A DNA stretch of 64,000 bases from Dimorphilus gyrociliatus (lineage: Eukaryota > Animalia > Annelida). Shown piece by piece: positions 61,301 to 64,000 of the stretch. Made by a program: the position numbers and the translations under genes. Within the stretch, counting starts at the first letter, position 1, and each line of letters begins with the position of its first letter. The notes under the pieces were generated by a model, which was given only the letters and a program-made list of their open reading frames with translations, did not search any database and was not told where the DNA came from. Where the stretch lies: the NCBI GenBank assembly GCA_904063045.1, contig CAJFCJ010000007.1:2921404-2985403 (forward strand). The letters run 5' to 3'.

Positions 61301-64000
61301 AGCTGTAGGTTTTCCTGGTTTAACAAATGCAACATTCCTAATAAACAAACCTCCATTTGGAGGAAGCTGTAATTGTCTTCCAAGACAAGGATTCGCTTCT
61401 ATAACCAAGTTTGAAATTAGTTGTATGAATTGGAAAGAATTTGAGAAACCAAAAAATGCTCCGGGATTGAAATATGAATATCGAGCTAGGATAAAGGGGA
61501 GCCGAATAAGCTTTCTCCTTCATTTTTCCTATAAGCAAGATGGTAACAAACTAATGCTACCAGTTGGCGATTCTGTTAATCTCTTAACTGAAACAATAAT
61601 TCACATAAGAGATTCTGTTGGTGATATATATGAATTTATCTTAGATGTTAAAGTTAAACCACCACCGAAGCCAGAAGAACAATTGATGAACATGGCTTTC
61701 GAATTTTTCAATATATTCAAGTTTAAGGAAAAATTTGAAGAAGGTAACATAACAGAAATTGCATCAAGTTTATATTCATTGACGTCAATTCTCAATGTGG
61801 ATCCAAACAATTTGTTTCAAGAAGCTGTAAATATTACTGAAATGCAGAAGCAGAGGAAAAACTGCAAAATTTTAAAACTAAGGCAAGAAATACGGTTAAA
61901 AATAAATGAGTATGCTATGCAACTACCAAATAAATCTCTGGACGAATTAGAACAAAAAGTCGGTGTTATTACCCCAATTTCTGTTAAGTCTAAAGAGATA
62001 AGCTATATCCTATTGGTAATTATATATTTTATACTAATGTTAATTATTAATAAGCTTTCTTCAACTTGACATTCTGACTCTCAGCTACAACAATCAAACT
62101 ACATCAGCGTTTTAAATGCTGCTCTTATAAATCGAGATATCTCCTTCTCAAAGCGATTACAGTTGTCAACAAGTATTACGTTTGTCGTTATTATTTTACT
62201 TTTTAATTTCTGTTCAATATTTTATTAAAGGTTTATTTGAACTATCTATTGACTTAACGGCTGGAGCAGACGCGTACAAACAAACTATTGCAAATGAAAA
62301 AATATTCCAATCAAACCCAGTTCCATCAAATAACAGTTTTCATTGTTATATTTTAAATTATACGAGAGAAGGATTTGATACAAAGGGACAAACTTTGTCG
62401 AACTCTAATGAAACTGTTGAAGATAATTATTTACTAAGATTGAAAGCTATCATTGAGAGTATTCAAGAAGTGACCAATAGCTTAACAGATAATATATTTC
62501 AAAAATTTGACTCTTATCATTCGAAATTTGCAGTGAACTACAACAAAGTCTTTATACAGTTTGAAAAAGACAATTACTTAGCTATACAAGGAAAGTCATA
62601 CTTATCGGAGAATGGTTTTGTCAAACTAAATATGATAAAAAATCTAAGCACAGGTGATATGTGCTTGCGAAGCAAAATAATAATGACTAGAGTTAATCCC
62701 TATATGTGGGATAACTCCGCGTCGAATGTTACATCAACAGTAACTGAGTTTGAAATTCGACCTTGCGATTCAATATCAAAACAACCAACTAGAAAGAAGA
62801 GAAGTATACAACAAGATACTCAAACTAACTTCTCACTTAGTCTGAATATGAAGAATACAAACAACGGTATTCAATATATAAACACTACAAAGAACACAGC
62901 TCTGCATATTCTCAATGCAACAAGGAATATCCTCCTATTGACCTTCCATTTGAGAAGTGAAGATACCATGTCAGTCCTTATTGGTTACAATTTCAGACCT
63001 AGTAATGATAGGAAGAATGCATCGTTCATCTTACCAAATGTAAACAAAACATGCTCATCCAACCTGGATAGTGAAGACTGTGACGAATTGAGAAGGACCA
63101 TTATGCTTAGACCAAAAGAAAATGCAACAGTGATGGTTGTTGTTTCGTGTTCAAACTGTTCAAGTCAACTTCTCAACTATAGTATTCAAATAACATATCC
63201 ATTATGCAAAATGTGGACAGATGGCAGATGGCAAGAGAGAGATTCTTGTAAAATTGATCAAGAGACAACAGTATCAAAAACAAGATTTACGAGTAATCTA
63301 TTTGGGAGTTTGGGAGCTGGATTAGATATGGCCCCAAATCTTATAGACTTTGATACAGTGTTTGACGACTTTGCGAGCAAATTAGCTGATAATGCAGCTG
63401 TATTTGGAACAATATGCGCATTGTTAGCTCTTTTCATTCCCTTGGCTTTATTGGTAAGAAGAATGGATAAGAGAGATAGATTACTCTGGATGTCTGTACC
63501 ATTAATGGATAATAGGAAAGAAGATAACTATGAATATGAAATTCATGTCTACACCGGAAATGAAAAAGATGCAGGAACCAGTACAAAGGTGTCTCTAATA
63601 TGCTATGGAGCTGATTCAAGAACTAGAGAAAGAATTTTGGAATCTAGTGTTTCACATACATTTGAAAAAGGATCCGTTAAATCATTCATTATGACTACCA
63701 ACAAATCTCTTGGATACTTAGTTTGCTTGAAAGTATCCCTTGACAGACAAAAATTCTCTTATACTCCTTTTAATGATTGGTTTCTATCCAGAATAGTAAT
63801 TATTGATAAGGCTGCAAATACATGGTACAACTTTGATTGTGAACAGTGGCTATCTGATCAAGATGAAAACAGTGAAACTGAGAAGGTTCTTGTAGCAACG
63901 AGAAGTGGCATAAAACCTCAATTAAATCAACTACTTAAACGTAACTTCTTCCGACGTCTTACTGATGATCATTTGTGGGTATCTGTAGGGGCAAGAAGAA
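46383..64000 (+). CDS. Giant polycystin-1 (PKD1/REJ)-like receptor, copy B (3' truncated just after PLAT)
   Basis: Signal peptide MMIFRLSLILITFAILYG then CPDGWMRNLNYC. Same domain order as copy A; exons chain in frame through canonical introns to the window end (roughly 5,250 aa visible, estimate). The final exon (from about 62231) is open to the edge, so it is missing from the ORF track. An upstream ATG at 46299 is also in frame. Confidence 0.92.
62692..63491 (+). repeat. Partner of the 800-nt block at 42342-43141
   Basis: Identical apart from one synonymous position (62922). Confidence 0.97.

Noticed and set aside
24724-63619. Numerous 60-150 aa ORFs antisense or out of frame within the polycystin genes (e.g. 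33902..34357, 39397..39663, 42908..43162, 59781..60083, 63434..63619)
   Set aside because: They are shadows of long AT-rich coding exons with no independent motifs or splice support.
1-64000. Search for transposons, CRISPR arrays, tRNA/rRNA genes, prokaryotic operons and non-canonical splice sites
   Set aside because: No transposase/RT ORFs, terminal repeats, spacer arrays or tRNA T-loop/cloverleaf patterns were seen. The long repeats are coding paralogy, and all introns I traced are GT-AG.

Overview
AT-rich, gene-dense invertebrate (metazoan) genomic DNA with GT-AG introns of mostly 50-80 nt. The style fits a compact lophotrochozoan genome such as the annelid Dimorphilus, but this is an inference and the species cannot be established here. 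I can support seven protein-coding genes. (1) The 5' end of mab-21 (minus strand, runs off the left edge, missed by the ORF track). (2) A single-coding-exon gene for a 4x zinc-ribbon / catalytically dead LRAT-fold / glycine-zipper protein. (3) CERKL. (4) RAPGEF4/Epac2. (5) SNX13. (6, 7) A head-to-tail pair of giant polycystin-1 (PKD1/REJ)-like genes filling the last 40 kb. Copy A chains by hand into 34 exons and about 6,740 aa; copy B is truncated by the window end. Both carry the same N-terminal lectin mosaic: [C-type lectin - PAN - 3x F5/8C] x3, then CTL-PAN-F5/8C, fibrinogen-C, F-type lectin, EB, three unrecognised 4-Cys modules, PKD domains, REJ, GAIN/GPS, PLAT and (seen in A) an 11-TM channel region. 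The ectodomains are deeply diverged (about one third aa identity in sampled stretches, six intron presence/absence differences, 4 vs 1 PKD units). In contrast, an 800-nt GAIN-B/GPS/TM1 block is 799/800 identical between copies, PLAT is diverged, and identity resumes immediately after PLAT. This points to domain-bounded gene conversion in a variable-sensor / constant-channel receptor pair. The GPS lacks its autoproteolytic residues and an RKKR furin-type site lies upstream. No transposon, CRISPR, tRNA or rRNA was found.
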